A stretch of 64,000 nucleotides of DNA from contig OZ253470.1 of NCBI GenBank assembly GCA_965261735.1, positions 2,080,001 to 2,144,000 of the forward strand, in the 5' to 3' direction. Both the position numbers and the translations under genes were made by a program. Positions 20,362 through 32,235 of the stretch are shown here, in pieces. Source of the DNA: Alphaproteobacteria bacterium. Its GTDB lineage: Bacteria; Pseudomonadota; Alphaproteobacteria; SHVV01. The notes under the pieces were generated by a model, which was given only the letters and a program-made list of their open reading frames with translations, was not told the DNA's origin and made no database searches. Each line of letters begins with the position of its first letter. Positions within the stretch are counted from its first letter, which is position 1.

Positions 20362-21405
20362 CTTTCCTATCCGGTTTACACCCACACCCACTAGGGCTAG
20401 AATGGGCGCAACCCGGATATAGGGGAGCGCGCCATGGATGTTCTCGACCGCGCCGATCTCCCATTCCCGCATTCGCTACCCGAGTTCCAGCGACTTTTCC
20501 CCGATGATGCGGCCTGCGCCGCCTACCTGGAGAAAGCCCGCTGGGGAGACGGCTTTGCCTGCCCGCACTGCGGCACGGCGGGAGAGCCGTTCCACTTTGA
20601 AAACCGCCCTGGCGTCCTGCGCTGCCGCAAGTGCCGCCAGAACACCGGGCTGACGGTGGGAACAGTGATGGAGCGTAGCCACACTCCGCTGAACGTCTGG
20701 TTCTGGGCCGCTTATCTGGTCGCCAGTCAGACGCCCGGCATGTCCGCCGTGCAGTTTCAGCGGCAACTTGGTCTTTCGCGCTACGAGACGGCCTTTCAAA
20801 TTCTCCACAAGCTCCGCTCGGGCATGGTGCGGCCCAACCAAGACAGGATCGGTGGACAGCCCAAGAACCATGTTGAGGTGGACGAAACCTGGGTTGGCGG
20901 GCGAACGCGTGGGGAAGGCCGTGGTGTTCACCACAAGGTTCCCGTCTCCTGTGCCATCGAGGTGCGTCATCGAAAGCCGGGCACCAAGCTCGACAACCGG
21001 AAAGACGGACGCTATGCCGGACGCGTTCGGCTCGCCGTCGTGCTCGACCGTAGCGCCGAGTCGCTCTGTGGGTTCGTCGAGAGCACCGTCGCGCCGCGAT
21101 CGCTGATCGTTACTGACGATTGGAGCGGCTATGCTGGCCTCGGTAAGCGCGGCTATGAGCACTTCGCTGTTGCCGAGTGTGGTGATCCAGAGGTTGCCGA
21201 GCAATACCTGCCGATCATCCATCTGGTTTTCGCCAACCTGAAGACGTGGCTGATCGGTATCCACCACGGCGTCAGCCACCAGCACCTACAAGCCTACCTC
21301 AACGAGTTCACCTTCCGCTTCAACAGGCGGTTCTACCCGTTCAACGCCTTCCGCTCATTGCTCGGCATCGCGGGCGACACCTCTGCTCCAACCTATGCCG
21401 AGCTT
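20362..21405 (+). mobile_element. IS1595 copy 2, right end deleted
   Basis: Left TIR variant CTTTCCTATCCGG; near-identical transposase ORF 20434-21414; identity stops after GCCGAGCTT. Confidence 0.93.
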
Positions 21406-21651
21406 GGCGTATAGCCCCATCAGCACGCTGAATGGTTGCTTTGGAGATGCCAGTGAACGGCGGGTTTGGAGACAACTGCCGTTGGAACCGGTGATCGCGT
21501 ATGTCCGCTTCTCAGCTATACCCGGAGGTGACGGAAGCTCCGCCCCAAGTCCGCCTTCGGGCACCTAGCGGACAACGGTGCGGCATTCTATCATCTAATC
21601 GCGACGTCATTTTGTGAGTACATAGCGTAGGTCGGGCGCCGGCGCGGTGGA

Positions 21652-22818
21652 ATGCGGATGACAGAGATCAAGGAAATCGATGCGCTCGCACTCGCGCGCG
21701 AACTGGTGCGCTGCGACAGCGTCACGCCGCACGAGGCGGGCGCGCTCGACCTGTTGGAGCGCACCCTGCGCGAGATCGGCTTCACCTGCCATCGCCTAAC
21801 TTTCGACTCGGGCGGCACGGCCGCCGTTGACAACCTCTACGCGCGCTACGGGACGGCGCCGCCCAACTTTTGCTTCGCCGGGCACACCGACGTCGTGCCC
21901 GTGGGCGCGCGCGAGAGCTGGAGCGTCGATCCCTTCGCCGCCGAGATCGTGGATGAGGCGCTTTATGGGCGCGGCGCGGCCGACATGAAGGGGGCGATCG
22001 CGAGCTTTGTCGCCGCCGCGACCCGCCTCCTTCGCGGCCGCAGCGGCACGCTTCCCGGCTCGCTCAGCCTGCTGATCACGGGCGATGAGGAAGGCCCGGC
22101 CGTGAACGGTACGGTCAAGGTGCTCGAGTGGATGCGCGGGCGCGGCGAGGTCATCGATTCCTGCTTGGTCGGCGAGCCGACCAACCCGACGCGGCTCGGC
22201 GAGATGGCCAAGATCGGGCGCCGCGGCAGCCTCAACGCAACACTGACCGTCGCCGGCACGCAGGGCCACGTCGCGTATCCCGACCTTGCCGACAATCCCA
22301 TCCCGCGCCTTTTGGCCATGCTCGGGCGCCTCACCGAGAAGCCGCTCGATGCCGGCAGCGAGCACTTCCAGCCCTCGGGCCTGCAGATCTCCAGCATCGA
22401 TGTCGGCAACGAGGCGAGCAACGTCATTCCGGCTCGTGCGAGCGCGCGCTTCAACATCCGCTTCAACGACCGGCATCGCTCCGAGGACCTCATCGCCTGG
22501 ATGCGCCGCACCTGCGACGAGGTCGGGGGCGCCTACGAGCTCAAGGCCGAGGTCTCCGGCGAGGCGTTCCTGTCGCCGCCCGGCCGGCTCACCGAGATCC
22601 TGGTCGCCGCGGTCAAGCAGACCCTCGGCGTCGAGCCCGAGCTCAGCACCAGCGGCGGCACCTCCGATGCCCGCTTCATCAAGGATGTCTGTCCGGTCGC
22701 CGAGTTCGGCCTTATCAGCCAGACCATGCACAAGGTCGACGAGCATGCGCGGCTCGGCGACATCGCGGCCCTGACCGAGGTCTACGCCGCCGTTCTCGAC
22801 GCCTATTTCGCCGACTGA
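21652..22818 (+). CDS. dapE: Succinyl-diaminopimelate desuccinylase
   Basis: [49 protein letters not shown]. Confidence 0.96.
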   Translation: MRMTEIKEIDALALARELVRCDSVTPHEAGALDLLERTLREIGFTCHRLTFDSGGTAAVDNLYARYGTAPPNFCFAGHTDVVPVGARESWSVDPFAAEIVDEALYGRGAADMKGAIASFVAAATRLLRGRSGTLPGSLSLLITGDEEGPAVNGTVKVLEWMRGRGEVIDSCLVGEPTNPTRLGEMAKIGRRGSLNATLTVAGTQGHVAYPDLADNPIPRLLAMLGRLTEKPLDAGSEHFQPSGLQISSIDVGNEASNVIPARASARFNIRFNDRHRSEDLIAWMRRTCDEVGGAYELKAEVSGEAFLSPPGRLTEILVAAVKQTLGVEPELSTSGGTSDARFIKDVCPVAEFGLISQTMHKVDEHARLGDIAALTEVYAAVLDAYFAD

Positions 22819-22830
22819 GCCGGGCCCGCG

Positions 22831-23415
22831 ATGCCGGATCGCGACAGTGTCATTCGCTCGATCTATGGCGCCTGGCGGCTGGCCCTACTCGACCCCTCGG
22901 GCCTGAACTGGTTCGACGTTTCGATCGAGGGATTCTGGCGCTCCTTCTTCGCCGCCGCGATCGTCGCACCGTTCTATGCCCTGGCGCTGGTGCTGAACAG
23001 CGAAGCGGCGATCGCGGCCGCCGGCGTGGGCGCCCTCATTCTCGTCAAGGGCGCGGCCTACATCCTTAGCTTCATCGCCTTTCCGGTGGTGATGATCTTT
23101 CTGTGCCGCCTGCTCTCGCTCACCAACTACGTCCCCTACATCGTCGCGGTGAACTGGTCTGCGGTCATCCAGATGGCGGCGTTCCTGCCGTTCGTCCTGC
23201 TCGGCGCCAGCGGCGCCGTTTCAGCCGGCGTGGCCGGCAGCCTGCTGATAGCGGTATCGATGGCCGTCTTGTTCTACGCCTGGTTCATCACCACCGTGGC
23301 GCTGCGCGTCAGCGGCGTGACCGCCGTCGCCCTCGTGCTCGTGGACCTCCTACTCGGCATTGTCATCGACGCCGGCTCCGACCGCCTGCTCTCGGGGACG
23401 ACGGGCCTGGGCTAA
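22831..23415 (+). CDS. Conserved multi-pass membrane protein
   Basis: GFWRSFFAA, YIVAVNWS; several TM segments; 12 bp after dapE. Confidence 0.8.
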   Translation: MPDRDSVIRSIYGAWRLALLDPSGLNWFDVSIEGFWRSFFAAAIVAPFYALALVLNSEAAIAAAGVGALILVKGAAYILSFIAFPVVMIFLCRLLSLTNYVPYIVAVNWSAVIQMAAFLPFVLLGASGAVSAGVAGSLLIAVSMAVLFYAWFITTVALRVSGVTAVALVLVDLLLGIVIDAGSDRLLSGTTGLG

Positions 23416-23457
23416 CGGGGGGTGCTCGCGGGGACATGCAAGCGAATAACAGTCGGC

Positions 23458-24943
23458 TCACCGCCTTTTCAGGAGAACCAGGGCCGCAAATGCGCGCTTA
23501 TCTGGGCGAGGCGCTTTCTTGAGTCTGGCAATCGCCTGCTCGGCATTCGAAATCAGAATCAGCGTCTCCGCACGGCTATATCTCGCGCGCGGGTCATAGT
23601 CTGCGCGATGCCGCTCCTCCTGCAGCGACACGAACGAGTCTGCGAAGTTTAGAATATCCCTTGCCTATCCGGTTTACACCCACACCCACTAGGGCTAGAA
23701 TGGGCGCAACCCGGATATAGGGGAGCGCGCCATGGATGTTCTCGACCGCGCCGATCTCCCATTCCCGCATTCGCTACCCGAGTTCCAGCGACTTTTCCCC
23801 GATGATGCGGCCTGCGCCGCCTACCTGGAGAAAGCCCGCTGGGGAGACGGCTTTGCCTGCCCGCACTGCGGCACGGCGGGAGAGCCGTTCCACTTTGAAA
23901 ACCGCCCTGGCGTCCTGCGCTGCCGCAAGTGCCGCCAGAACACCGGGCTGACGGTGGGAACAGTGATGGAGCGTAGCCACACTCCGCTGAACGTCTGGTT
24001 CTGGGCCGCTTATCTGGTCGCCAGTCAGACGCCCGGCATGTCCGCCGTGCAGTTTCAGCGGCAACTTGGTCTTTCGCGCTACGAGACGGCCTTTCAAATT
24101 CTCCACAAGCTCCGCTCGGGCATGGTGCGGCCCAACCAAGACAGGATCGGTGGACAGCCCAAGAACCATGTTGAGGTGGACGAAACCTGGGTTGGCGGGC
24201 GAACGCGTGGGGAAGGCCGTGGTGTTCACCACAAGGTTCCCGTCTCCTGTGCCATCGAGGTGCGTCATCGAAAGCCGGGCACCAAGCTCGACAACCGGAA
24301 AGACGGACGCTATGCCGGACGCGTTCGGCTCGCCGTCGTGCTCGACCGTAGCGCCGAGTCGCTCTGTGGGTTCGTCGAGAGCACCGTCGCGCCGCGATCG
24401 CTGATCGTTACTGACGATTGGAGCGGCTATGCTGGCCTCGGTAAGCGCGGCTATGAGCACTTCGCTGTTGCCGAGTGTGGTGATCCAGAGGTTGCCGAGC
24501 AATACCTGCCGATCATCCATCTGGTTTTCGCCAACCTGAAGACGTGGCTGATCGGTATCTCACCACGGCGTTAGCCACCAGCACCTACAAGCCTACCTCA
24601 ACGAGTTCACCTTCCGCTTCAACAGGCGGTTCTACCCGTTCAACGCCTTCCGCTCATTGCTCGGCATCGCGGGCGACACCTCTGCTCCAACCTATGCCGA
24701 GCTTTACTCGGGAGAGTGGTGGCACCCTACATGTAGCGGTCATGGGCGTTAACCGGATAGGGCCCAAGCCGCTTCGCTGCGAGCTGCCCCGACTCCGACA
24801 AAGAGGTCCGCGCACTGGCGTGCGAGGGTATGGAACAACGCGAAATAGGCGGTGCTGACGGCCCGCCTCAAATCAGCATGTCTTGGGCGGCGCGGATTTG
24901 CTCGCGCGAGGCGTCGCGCGGTCGTAATCAGGTCGTCGCTCAA
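23458..24943 (-). pseudogene. HEPN-like protein split by IS1595 copy 3
   Basis: N-half ADLRRAVSTAYFALFH (24762-24943); C-half DILNFADSFVSLQEERHRADYDP..AALVLLKRR* (23458-23658, manual translation). Confidence 0.85.
23660..24761 (+). mobile_element. IS1595 copy 3 (1-bp insertion near 24559; last 4 bp of the right TIR missing)
   Basis: Left TIR at 23660; GGTATCTCACC versus GGTATCCACC in other copies; ends GGATAGG with no TSD. Confidence 0.93.
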
Positions 24944-25248
24944 GACGAACGGGCTACCTGCTGCTGCTCGTCAAAATGGTGACGTATGTGGGGAAACCTC
25001 GTCTCGCCGGCGGCTTCAAGCGCCTCGCGCAGTGCCCGGAGCAGCCCAAACGTGACTCCCGCATCGATCGGTCTGTCGCTTAGATTGTAGCGAGCTTCGA
25101 TGAAGAGCACGGGATCACCGTCGTGATCCCAACCCGGGTCAACCTTCGCACCTTGAAAGCCGAATGGCCCCATCCGCTCTTTCAGCACGCGTTCGACCGC
25201 CTCGATGGCCTTTCTGGCGACGCAATCCGTTTCCCCGTTCCCGCTCAT
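24940..25248 (-). CDS. Small hypothetical partner of the HEPN-like gene (putative antitoxin)
   Basis: DHDGDPVLFI..GETRFPHIRH; its stop overlaps the TTG start of the HEPN gene. Confidence 0.65.
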   Translation of the reverse strand: MSGNGETDCVARKAIEAVERVLKERMGPFGFQGAKVDPGWDHDGDPVLFIEARYNLSDRPIDAGVTFGLLRALREALEAAGETRFPHIRHHFDEQQQVARSS

Positions 25249-25582
25249 TTTCACATCATAGCCCAATGGGCTCACGGCCGCTACGTGCGGGCGGCAACGA
25301 GGCACCCTTCCAACGCCCTGTCCCGTCACCATAACCCGAATTCGCCCCTTGACCTGCGACAGATTAACACCCATTTAGGGCATGCTGGTGGGAGCAAAAG
25401 CTCCGTAAAATAACGCCTTGACGCATCCGCAAGGTTTCAGCGGCCCACGTCGAGGTTTTTCAGCCGACAGGCTTTACTCCGTAGCTTTTTTGAAGCTTGT
25501 TCAGGTGAGCAATCGCCTGCGAATTGCTGTGTGCGGCCTGCGGTTGAAGTTCGGCATAGGCACCCAGCAAAGGAGGAGTGTG

Positions 25583-25753
25583 GTGGCAAGACTTGATTGG
25601 GAAAAAAACAATCGGCAAGTACGACTGCGGAAGAGAGGTCGCGGTCGCGCTGGCGAAGAGGTTATTTCGACTGAAGAAGCGGTTTGGCGGGCCCCAAGAG
25701 TTCCCCGACCCCCCGAAGACCGACGTCGAGGAGCGGAAAAGAAAAGAGCCTGA
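25583..25753 (+). CDS. Putative small basic protein (MARLDWEKNNRQ...)
   Basis: Strong RBS AAGGAGGAG before GTG; 56 aa, Arg-rich. Confidence 0.35.
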   Translation: MARLDWEKNNRQVRLRKRGRGRAGEEVISTEEAVWRAPRVPRPPEDRRRGAEKKRA

Positions 25754-25945
25754 TTCGGTGGCGAGGCTGGGAAGATGTGACCGAGGAACCGTATTGGGCG
25801 GCCGGGGCCCCGTTCCTCGTCCAGCTTAGCAGGCATCCTCGGGCGAGCACGTCTTCCCAGCAATCCCGTAAATTTGTCGCGCGGGTGCCATCACCGCATC
25901 AAGGCGCTGCAGCCTGCTGGGCCGCGCCACATGAGGAATGCCGGG

Positions 25946-26695
25946 CTATTCCGCCTCGCCGTAGGCGACGCACGCAAGGTAGAGGCCGCACGCGGGGGCT
26001 GTGGGGCCGCAGGCGGCGCGCTCGCGGGCGGCGAGTGCGGCGGCGACGTCGGTGGTGCGCCACTTGCCCTCGCCCACCAGCTTGAGCGTGCCGACCATGG
26101 CGCGCACCTGGCGGTGGAGGAAGGATCGCGCCCGCGCCTCGATGCGGACCTCCGAGCCGCGGCGCGTCACGCTCAGCGCATCGAGCGTCTTCACGGGCGA
26201 GCGCGCCTGGCAGTGGACCGAGCGGAAGGTCGTAAAGTCGTGGCGGCCGACGAGGGCCTGCGCGGCACGGCGCATTGCCCGCACGTTGAGCGGCGTCGGT
26301 GTGTGCCATACCCGGCCCACATCCAGCGCCGGGGCCGAGGGCCGGTCGAGGATGCGATAGAGGTAGCGCCGCTCGAGCGCGGAAAAGCGGGCATCGAAGG
26401 CGGCGGATACCTCGCTCGCGCCGATCACCGCAATGCGCGCGGGCCGGAGATGGAAGTTGACCGCCTTGCGCACCGTATCGGGGGCGAAGTGCCGGGCGAG
26501 ATCCACATGCACCGCTTGCGCGAGCGCGTGCACGCCGGCATCGGTGCGCCCGGCCGCACAAGTGGTGACGGCCTCGCCGGTGAAGGCGGCGATCGCCTCC
26601 TCGAGCGCCTGCTGCACCGACGCGCCGTTGGCCTGGCGTTGCCACCCGACGAAGTCGGTGCCGTCATATTCGAGGACCAGCTTGTAGCGCGTCAT
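25946..26695 (-). CDS. truA: tRNA pseudouridine(38-40) synthase
   Basis: [44 protein letters not shown]. Confidence 0.96.
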   Translation of the reverse strand: MTRYKLVLEYDGTDFVGWQRQANGASVQQALEEAIAAFTGEAVTTCAAGRTDAGVHALAQAVHVDLARHFAPDTVRKAVNFHLRPARIAVIGASEVSAAFDARFSALERRYLYRILDRPSAPALDVGRVWHTPTPLNVRAMRRAAQALVGRHDFTTFRSVHCQARSPVKTLDALSVTRRGSEVRIEARARSFLHRQVRAMVGTLKLVGEGKWRTTDVAAALAARERAACGPTAPACGLYLACVAYGEAE

Positions 26696-27621
26696 GGCGC
26701 CTCGAGGTGGGCGCCGGGCGCGATCGCGAAGCCGCGCACAAAATCGGCCGCTTCCATCGGCTTGCGGCCCGCGCGCTGGAGCCGCTCGAGGCGGAGCGCG
26801 CCGGCCGCGGTGGCCATGGTGGGCCGCGCATCGAGCACCACACCCGGCGCGCCCGAACCCTCGACGACGCGCGCCGCCAGCACCTTGACGCGCTCGCCGG
26901 CGAAGACGAACCACGCGCCTGGCGCCGGCGCCAACGCCCGCACCTGACGTTCGAGCTCCGCGGCCGGCCGGCGCCAGTCGAGGCGCTCCTCGTCCGGGGT
27001 GAGCTTGGCGGCGTAGCTCACGCCCGTATCCGCCTGCGGTGTCGGGCGCAGCCTTCCCGCGGCGAGCCCATCGAGCGCCTCGACCATGAGTCGGGCGCCC
27101 AGGCGCGCGAGCTCGTCATGCAGCCCGCCGCCCGTCGTCGCCGGCCCGATGGCGACGCTCTCGCGCAACAGCACCGGGCCGGTATCGAGGCCCTCGTCCA
27201 TCTGCATGACGCACACGCCGGTCTCCTCGTCGCCGGCCATGATCGCGCGCTGGATGGGGGCGGCGCCGCGCCAGAGCGGCAGCAGTGAGGCGTGCACGTT
27301 GAGGCAGCCGAACCGTGGCGCCGAGAGGATCGGCGGCGGCAGGATGAGGCCGTAGGCACACACCACGGCGGCGTCCGCGGCCAGCGTCGCGAAGGCCGCG
27401 GCTGCCTCGTCATCGCGCAGACTGGCGGGTGTGTGTACGGTCAGTTCACGTGCCAGCGCGGCCTCGTGCACCGGCGAGCGGCGCAGGGCCCGGCGGCGGC
27501 CGGCGGGGCGCGGGGCGCGCGTGTAAACGGCCGCGATCTCGTGGCCGGCCGCAACCAGCGCATCGAACGTCGGTAGGGCGAATTCAGGCGTCCCCATGAA
27601 CACCAGCCGTAGCCGGGCCAT
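26692..27621 (-). CDS. fmt: Methionyl-tRNA formyltransferase
   Basis: [31 protein letters not shown]. Confidence 0.96.
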   Translation of the reverse strand: MARLRLVFMGTPEFALPTFDALVAAGHEIAAVYTRAPRPAGRRRALRRSPVHEAALARELTVHTPASLRDDEAAAAFATLAADAAVVCAYGLILPPPILSAPRFGCLNVHASLLPLWRGAAPIQRAIMAGDEETGVCVMQMDEGLDTGPVLLRESVAIGPATTGGGLHDELARLGARLMVEALDGLAAGRLRPTPQADTGVSYAAKLTPDEERLDWRRPAAELERQVRALAPAPGAWFVFAGERVKVLAARVVEGSGAPGVVLDARPTMATAAGALRLERLQRAGRKPMEAADFVRGFAIAPGAHLEAP

Positions 27622-28145
27622 CAGTCGCTCGTCTGGTCCTTCTGGCGCTTCGCCTTGGCCATCTTGCGCATGATGATGCTGCGCTTCACCGCCGAGAGAC
27701 GGTCGACGAACAGCGTCCCGTCGAGGTGATCGATCTCGTGCTGCACGCAGGTCGCGAGCACGCCATCGGCTTCGAGCGTGCGCGGCTCGCCGTCGTAGTC
27801 GGTGTAGCGCACCTCGACCTCGGCCGGGCGGGCGATCTCGGCGAAATGGTCGGGAAACGACAGGCATCCCTCTTCGTAGACGATGAGCTCGTCCGAGACG
27901 CGAACGATCTCCGGGTTGACGAGCCGGGTGAGGCGGGAATCCTCGCCCTCGCGAGTCGGGTCGACGACGACGATGCGCTTGGCGACGCCGAGCTGGACCG
28001 CGGCGAGGCCGATCCCCGGCGCCGCATGCATGGTCTCGACCATGTCGTCGATGAGGACACGGATCGCCTCGTCGACGCGCTCGACCGCGACCGCGGTCTT
28101 CCTGAGGCGCCGGTCGGGCGCGATGATGATGGGCAGGAGGGCCAT
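27621..28145 (-). CDS. def: Peptide deformylase
   Basis: GIGLAAVQ, EGCLS, QHEIDHLDG. Confidence 0.97.
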   Translation of the reverse strand: MALLPIIIAPDRRLRKTAVAVERVDEAIRVLIDDMVETMHAAPGIGLAAVQLGVAKRIVVVDPTREGEDSRLTRLVNPEIVRVSDELIVYEEGCLSFPDHFAEIARPAEVEVRYTDYDGEPRTLEADGVLATCVQHEIDHLDGTLFVDRLSAVKRSIIMRKMAKAKRQKDQTSD

Positions 28146-28241
28146 CGACCACTCCGTCTTGTTCGCTACGCAGGCTAAGTAGACGCGCCGGCGCACCCGG
28201 TCAAGCCGCCAACGCCCTGCGCGGCGTGGCCCGCCGTGCTA

Positions 28242-29390
28242 GTGGATTGATCGGAACGAAAGAGTCCGATTTGAGATTCCGTATTGTGCGGTGTCATGCG
28301 AGTCTGTGCTATGCGCACCGGCATCCATTTTACTGTCACGTCTGGCGACCGTCAGCGATTGCAAGCTATCGTCGCGGACCCGAAGAGCTCGCAGAAACAT
28401 GTCTGGCGGGCGCGGATCATCCTGAAGAGCGACGAGGGGCTCGGGAACTCGTCGATCATGGCCGAGACCGGCAAGTCCAAGACCTGTGTCTGGCGCTGGC
28501 AGGAGCGGTTCATGCACGAGGGTGTCAACGGCTTGCTTCGCGACAGGTCCCGTCCGCCTGGCAAAGCGCCGATCCCGCCGGAGCGCGTCGCCGAGATCGT
28601 CCGCCTGACCCAGCAAGCGCCGCCGCACGAGGCGACCCACTGGACGCTGCGCGCGATGGCGAAGGTTGCTGGCGTCGCGGCGTCGACGGTCCAAGCGATC
28701 TGGAAGGCCCATGGCCTCAGCCCGCACCGCTGGCGGCACTTCAAGCTCTCCAATGATCCCGCCTTCGCCGAGAAGCTCACAGATATCGTCGGCTTGTATG
28801 TCGATCCGCCGGCCCATGCCGTGGTGCTGTCGGTTGATGAGAAATCACAGATCCAGGCGCTCGACCGCACCCAACCCGGCTTGCCGATGAAGAAGGGCCG
28901 CGCCGGTACGATGACCTATGATTACAAACGGCATGGCACGACGACGCTGTTCGCCGCGCTCAACGTGCTGGACGGTACGGTCATCGCACAGAACATGCAG
29001 CGCCACCGCCATCAGGAGTTCATCCGCTTCCTCAACCGCATCGAGCGCGAGGTGCCGACGGACAAGGCCGTCCACGTCATCCTCGACAACTACGCCGCGC
29101 ACAAGAAGGACAAGGTCCGCGCCTGGCTCGCCCGCCATCCACGCTGGACCTTCCACTTCACGCCAACCTCGTGCTCGTGGCTCAATGCCGTCGAGGGCTT
29201 CTTCGCCAAACTAACGCGGCGCAGGCTCAAATACGGCGTCTTCCAATCCGTCGTCGACCTTCAGGACGCCATCAACCGATTTGTCCGCGAATACAATGAC
29301 GCAAACCCAAAACCCTTCATCTGGAAAGCCGACCCCGATCATATCATCGCCGCACGAAACAGAGGGTTCCAAACGTTGGAATCAATCCAC
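28242..29390 (+). mobile_element. IS630-family element copy 1 (transposase 28311-29393)
   Basis: TIR GTGGATTGAT..ATCAATCCAC, TA duplication within CTAG; VDEK, ILDNY, WLNAVEGFF. Confidence 0.95.
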
Positions 29391-29430
29391 TAGAGTGGGC
29401 CGTCGATCTCGCCGCGGCAACTCTTGGCTG

Positions 29431-30522
29431 ATGGAAACCGGTCTTCTCCTCCTGGCGGGTGCCGTTGTCGGCGCCGTGGTGGTTGTGCTCGCCGCATTGC
29501 GGCTGCTGCGCGGCCGTAGATCGGGCGAGGAGGCGCAGCTCGGGCGCACGGTCCATGAGCTCGCCGGCCGCCTCGATCAGATGGCGAGCGAGGATGCGGC
29601 GCGCTGGGCGAGCTTCGGCAAGACCCTCGAGGACCGCCTCGATGCGGTGTCCAAGCGGCTCGGCGACGGCTTGACCCAGTCGGCGACGACGACGGCGGAA
29701 TCGCTCGGCGACCTCAAGAAGCGCCTCCACGTCATTGACGAGGCCCAGAAGAACATCACCGAGCTCAGCGGCCAGGTGGTCGGGCTTCAAGACATCCTCG
29801 CCAACAAGCAGGCGCGCGGCGCCTTCGGCAACATCCAGCTCGAGAACCTGGTGCGCGCGGCCCTGCCGCCCTCGGCCTACGCCTTCGAGGTGACACTGAG
29901 CAACAAGCGCCGCGCCGACTGCCTGATCAAGCTGCCCAACCCGCCGGGATCGATCGTCGTCGACTCTAAGTTCCCGCTCGAGGGCTACAGCGCGCTGCAC
30001 AACGCGCGAGACGAGCCGGCCCGGATTGCAGCCGGCCGGGCCTTCGGCCAGTCCATCCTCAAGCACGTCCACGACATCGCCGAGCGCTACATCCTGCCCG
30101 GCGAGACCGCCGAATCGGCGCTCATGTTCCTGCCCAGCGAAGCGGTCTACGCCGAGCTCCACGCCAACTTCACCGGCGTGGTCGAGAAGTCCTACCGGGC
30201 GCGCGTGTGGATCGTGTCGCCGACGACGCTGATGGCGACGCTCAATACGGTGCGCGCGGTCCTCAAGGACGCCCACATGCGCGAGCAGGCCGGTTTCATC
30301 CAGACCGAGGTACACACCATGCTGCGCGACGTCGGCCGCCTCGACGAGCGCGTCGCCAAGCTACAGCGCCACTTCGACCTCGCGCGCGAGGACATGCGCG
30401 AGGTCCGCATTTCCGCCGACAAGGTGGGCAAGCGCGGCGAAAAGATCGAAACCATGCAGCTCGGCCCGACCGAAGCGGCCGAGGACCTGGAACAGCCCCG
30501 CCTCCGCATCGAGGCTGAATAG
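29431..30522 (+). CDS. rmuC: DNA recombination protein RmuC
   Basis: N-terminal TM, KQARGAFG, VVDSKFPL, MFLPSEAVY, VSPTTLMA. Confidence 0.92.
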   Translation: METGLLLLAGAVVGAVVVVLAALRLLRGRRSGEEAQLGRTVHELAGRLDQMASEDAARWASFGKTLEDRLDAVSKRLGDGLTQSATTTAESLGDLKKRLHVIDEAQKNITELSGQVVGLQDILANKQARGAFGNIQLENLVRAALPPSAYAFEVTLSNKRRADCLIKLPNPPGSIVVDSKFPLEGYSALHNARDEPARIAAGRAFGQSILKHVHDIAERYILPGETAESALMFLPSEAVYAELHANFTGVVEKSYRARVWIVSPTTLMATLNTVRAVLKDAHMREQAGFIQTEVHTMLRDVGRLDERVAKLQRHFDLAREDMREVRISADKVGKRGEKIETMQLGPTEAAEDLEQPRLRIEAE

Positions 30523-30637
30523 AGCATCCCTCCTCCCCGCCGCCAGCGCGGGCCCACGCCGCAAGAAACGGAATGCCGCCGCCTCTTCGGTCTCGTAGTG
30601 TCGAGACCGATCACCGAACTGGCGGGCGCAGGCGACG

Positions 30638-31573
30638 ATGCAAAACGAGATCACGCGGGCGATGGGTCCCCTCACATGGGCCCTGCTCATCGCGCTGTCG
30701 ATTCTTTGGGGCGGCTCGTTCTTCTTCGTCGGCGTCGCGCTCGATGCGCTGCCGCCGTTCACTATCGTGGCCTTGCGCGTCGGGCTGGCCGCGCTCGCGC
30801 TCAATCTGGTCGTCGTCGCCGTGGGCCTGCGCATGCCGACGGACCTGCGGACTTGGGCCGCGTTCTTCGCCATGGGGCTGGTCAACAACGCGGTTCCCTT
30901 CAGCCTCATCGTCTGGGGGCAGACCCACATCGCGAGCGGCCTCGCCTCGATCCTCAACGCGACGACACCGCTCTTTACGGTCGTGGTCGCGCATGTCCTG
31001 ACTTCCGACGAAAAGATGTCGCGCGGCGGCGTGGCCGGCGTGCTCGTCGGCGTTGCCGGAGTCGTGGTGATGATCGGCCCCGAGATGCTGGGCGGATTGG
31101 GCACCAACGTCGTCGCCCAGATCGCGGTGCTCGGCGCCTCGCTCGCCTACGCCCTCGCCGGCGTGTTCGGCCGCCGTTTCGGGCGCATGGGCGTAGCACC
31201 CCTGCTCACGGCCACGGGTCAGGTCACGGCCTCGACGCTCCTGCTCATACCCGTCGCGCTCGTCGTCGACCGGCCCTGGACGCTGGCCGCGCCCGGCGCC
31301 GAGATCTGGGCCGCCGTGGTGGCGCTGGCGCTGCTCTCGACGGCACTCGCCTATGTCCTCTATTTCCGCATCCTGGCGAGCGCCAGCGCGACGAACCTGC
31401 TTCTCGTGACCTTCCTGATCCCGGTCAGCGCCATCGTCCTCGGCGCGAGCCTCTTGGGCGAGCAGCTTGAGCCCAAGCACTTCGCCGGCATGGCGCTGAT
31501 CGGCCTCGGGCTCGCCGCGATCGACGGGCGGGCGCTCGGCTGGCTCGCGCGCCGCGTCGATAAGCCGCGGTAG
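30638..31573 (+). CDS. DMT/EamA family transporter
   Basis: WGGSFFF, NATTPLFT, LVTFLIPVSA; about 10 TM segments. Confidence 0.9.
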   Translation: MQNEITRAMGPLTWALLIALSILWGGSFFFVGVALDALPPFTIVALRVGLAALALNLVVVAVGLRMPTDLRTWAAFFAMGLVNNAVPFSLIVWGQTHIASGLASILNATTPLFTVVVAHVLTSDEKMSRGGVAGVLVGVAGVVVMIGPEMLGGLGTNVVAQIAVLGASLAYALAGVFGRRFGRMGVAPLLTATGQVTASTLLLIPVALVVDRPWTLAAPGAEIWAAVVALALLSTALAYVLYFRILASASATNLLLVTFLIPVSAIVLGASLLGEQLEPKHFAGMALIGLGLAAIDGRALGWLARRVDKPR

Positions 31574-31586
31574 CCGGATCGAGGCG

Positions 31587-32204
31587 CTAAGAGCGCTCGC
31601 CGTAAGGCCGGCGTTCATCGAGGGCGGCCGACAGAGTGCCCTCGTCGAGGAAGTCGAGCTCGCCGCCGAAGGGGACGCCGTGGGCGAGGCGCGAGACGAT
31701 GACGCCGCTCCCGGCCAGCGCGTCGGTGATGTAGTGGGCGGTGGTCTGGCCATCGACGGTGGCGTTGGTGGCGAGGATGACCTCGCGCACGCCCGTCTCG
31801 CGGGCGCGGGCGATCAGCGCCGGGATGCCGAGGTCGTCGGGCCCGACGCCGTCGAGCGGCGACAGCACCCCGCCGAGGACCTGATAGCGGCCGCGGTAGC
31901 TGCCCGAGCGCTCGAGCGCCCACAGGTCGGCGACCTCCTCGACGACACAGATGAGGCCCGCGTCGCGCTCCGCATTCGCGCAGATGGCGCATGGGTCCGT
32001 GGTGTCGAGGTTGCGGCAGATCGAGCAGCCGCGCACGTTCGCCGCCGCCGCGACCATCGCCTCGGCCAACGGCTCGAGCAGCGCCTCCTTGCGCTTGAGC
32101 AGATAGAGCGCGGCACGGCGCGCCGATCGCGGCCCGAGGCCGGGCAGCTTGGCGAGCAGCTGGATAAGGCGTTCGATGTCGGCGCCGCGCATGGCCCGCG
32201 TCAC
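31587..32204 (-). CDS. recR: Recombination mediator RecR
   Basis: [36 protein letters not shown]; start may be ATG 32192. Confidence 0.96.
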   Translation of the reverse strand: MTRAMRGADIERLIQLLAKLPGLGPRSARRAALYLLKRKEALLEPLAEAMVAAAANVRGCSICRNLDTTDPCAICANAERDAGLICVVEEVADLWALERSGSYRGRYQVLGGVLSPLDGVGPDDLGIPALIARARETGVREVILATNATVDGQTTAHYITDALAGSGVIVSRLAHGVPFGGELDFLDEGTLSAALDERRPYGERS

Positions 32205-32235
32205 GATAGATGCACGGCCCGCGGGTGCGCCGCCG

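Noticed and set aside
20362-24761. Composite transposon carrying dapE between IS1595 copies 2 and 3
   Set aside because: No shared outer target duplication, and copy 3 is an independent insertion into the HEPN gene.
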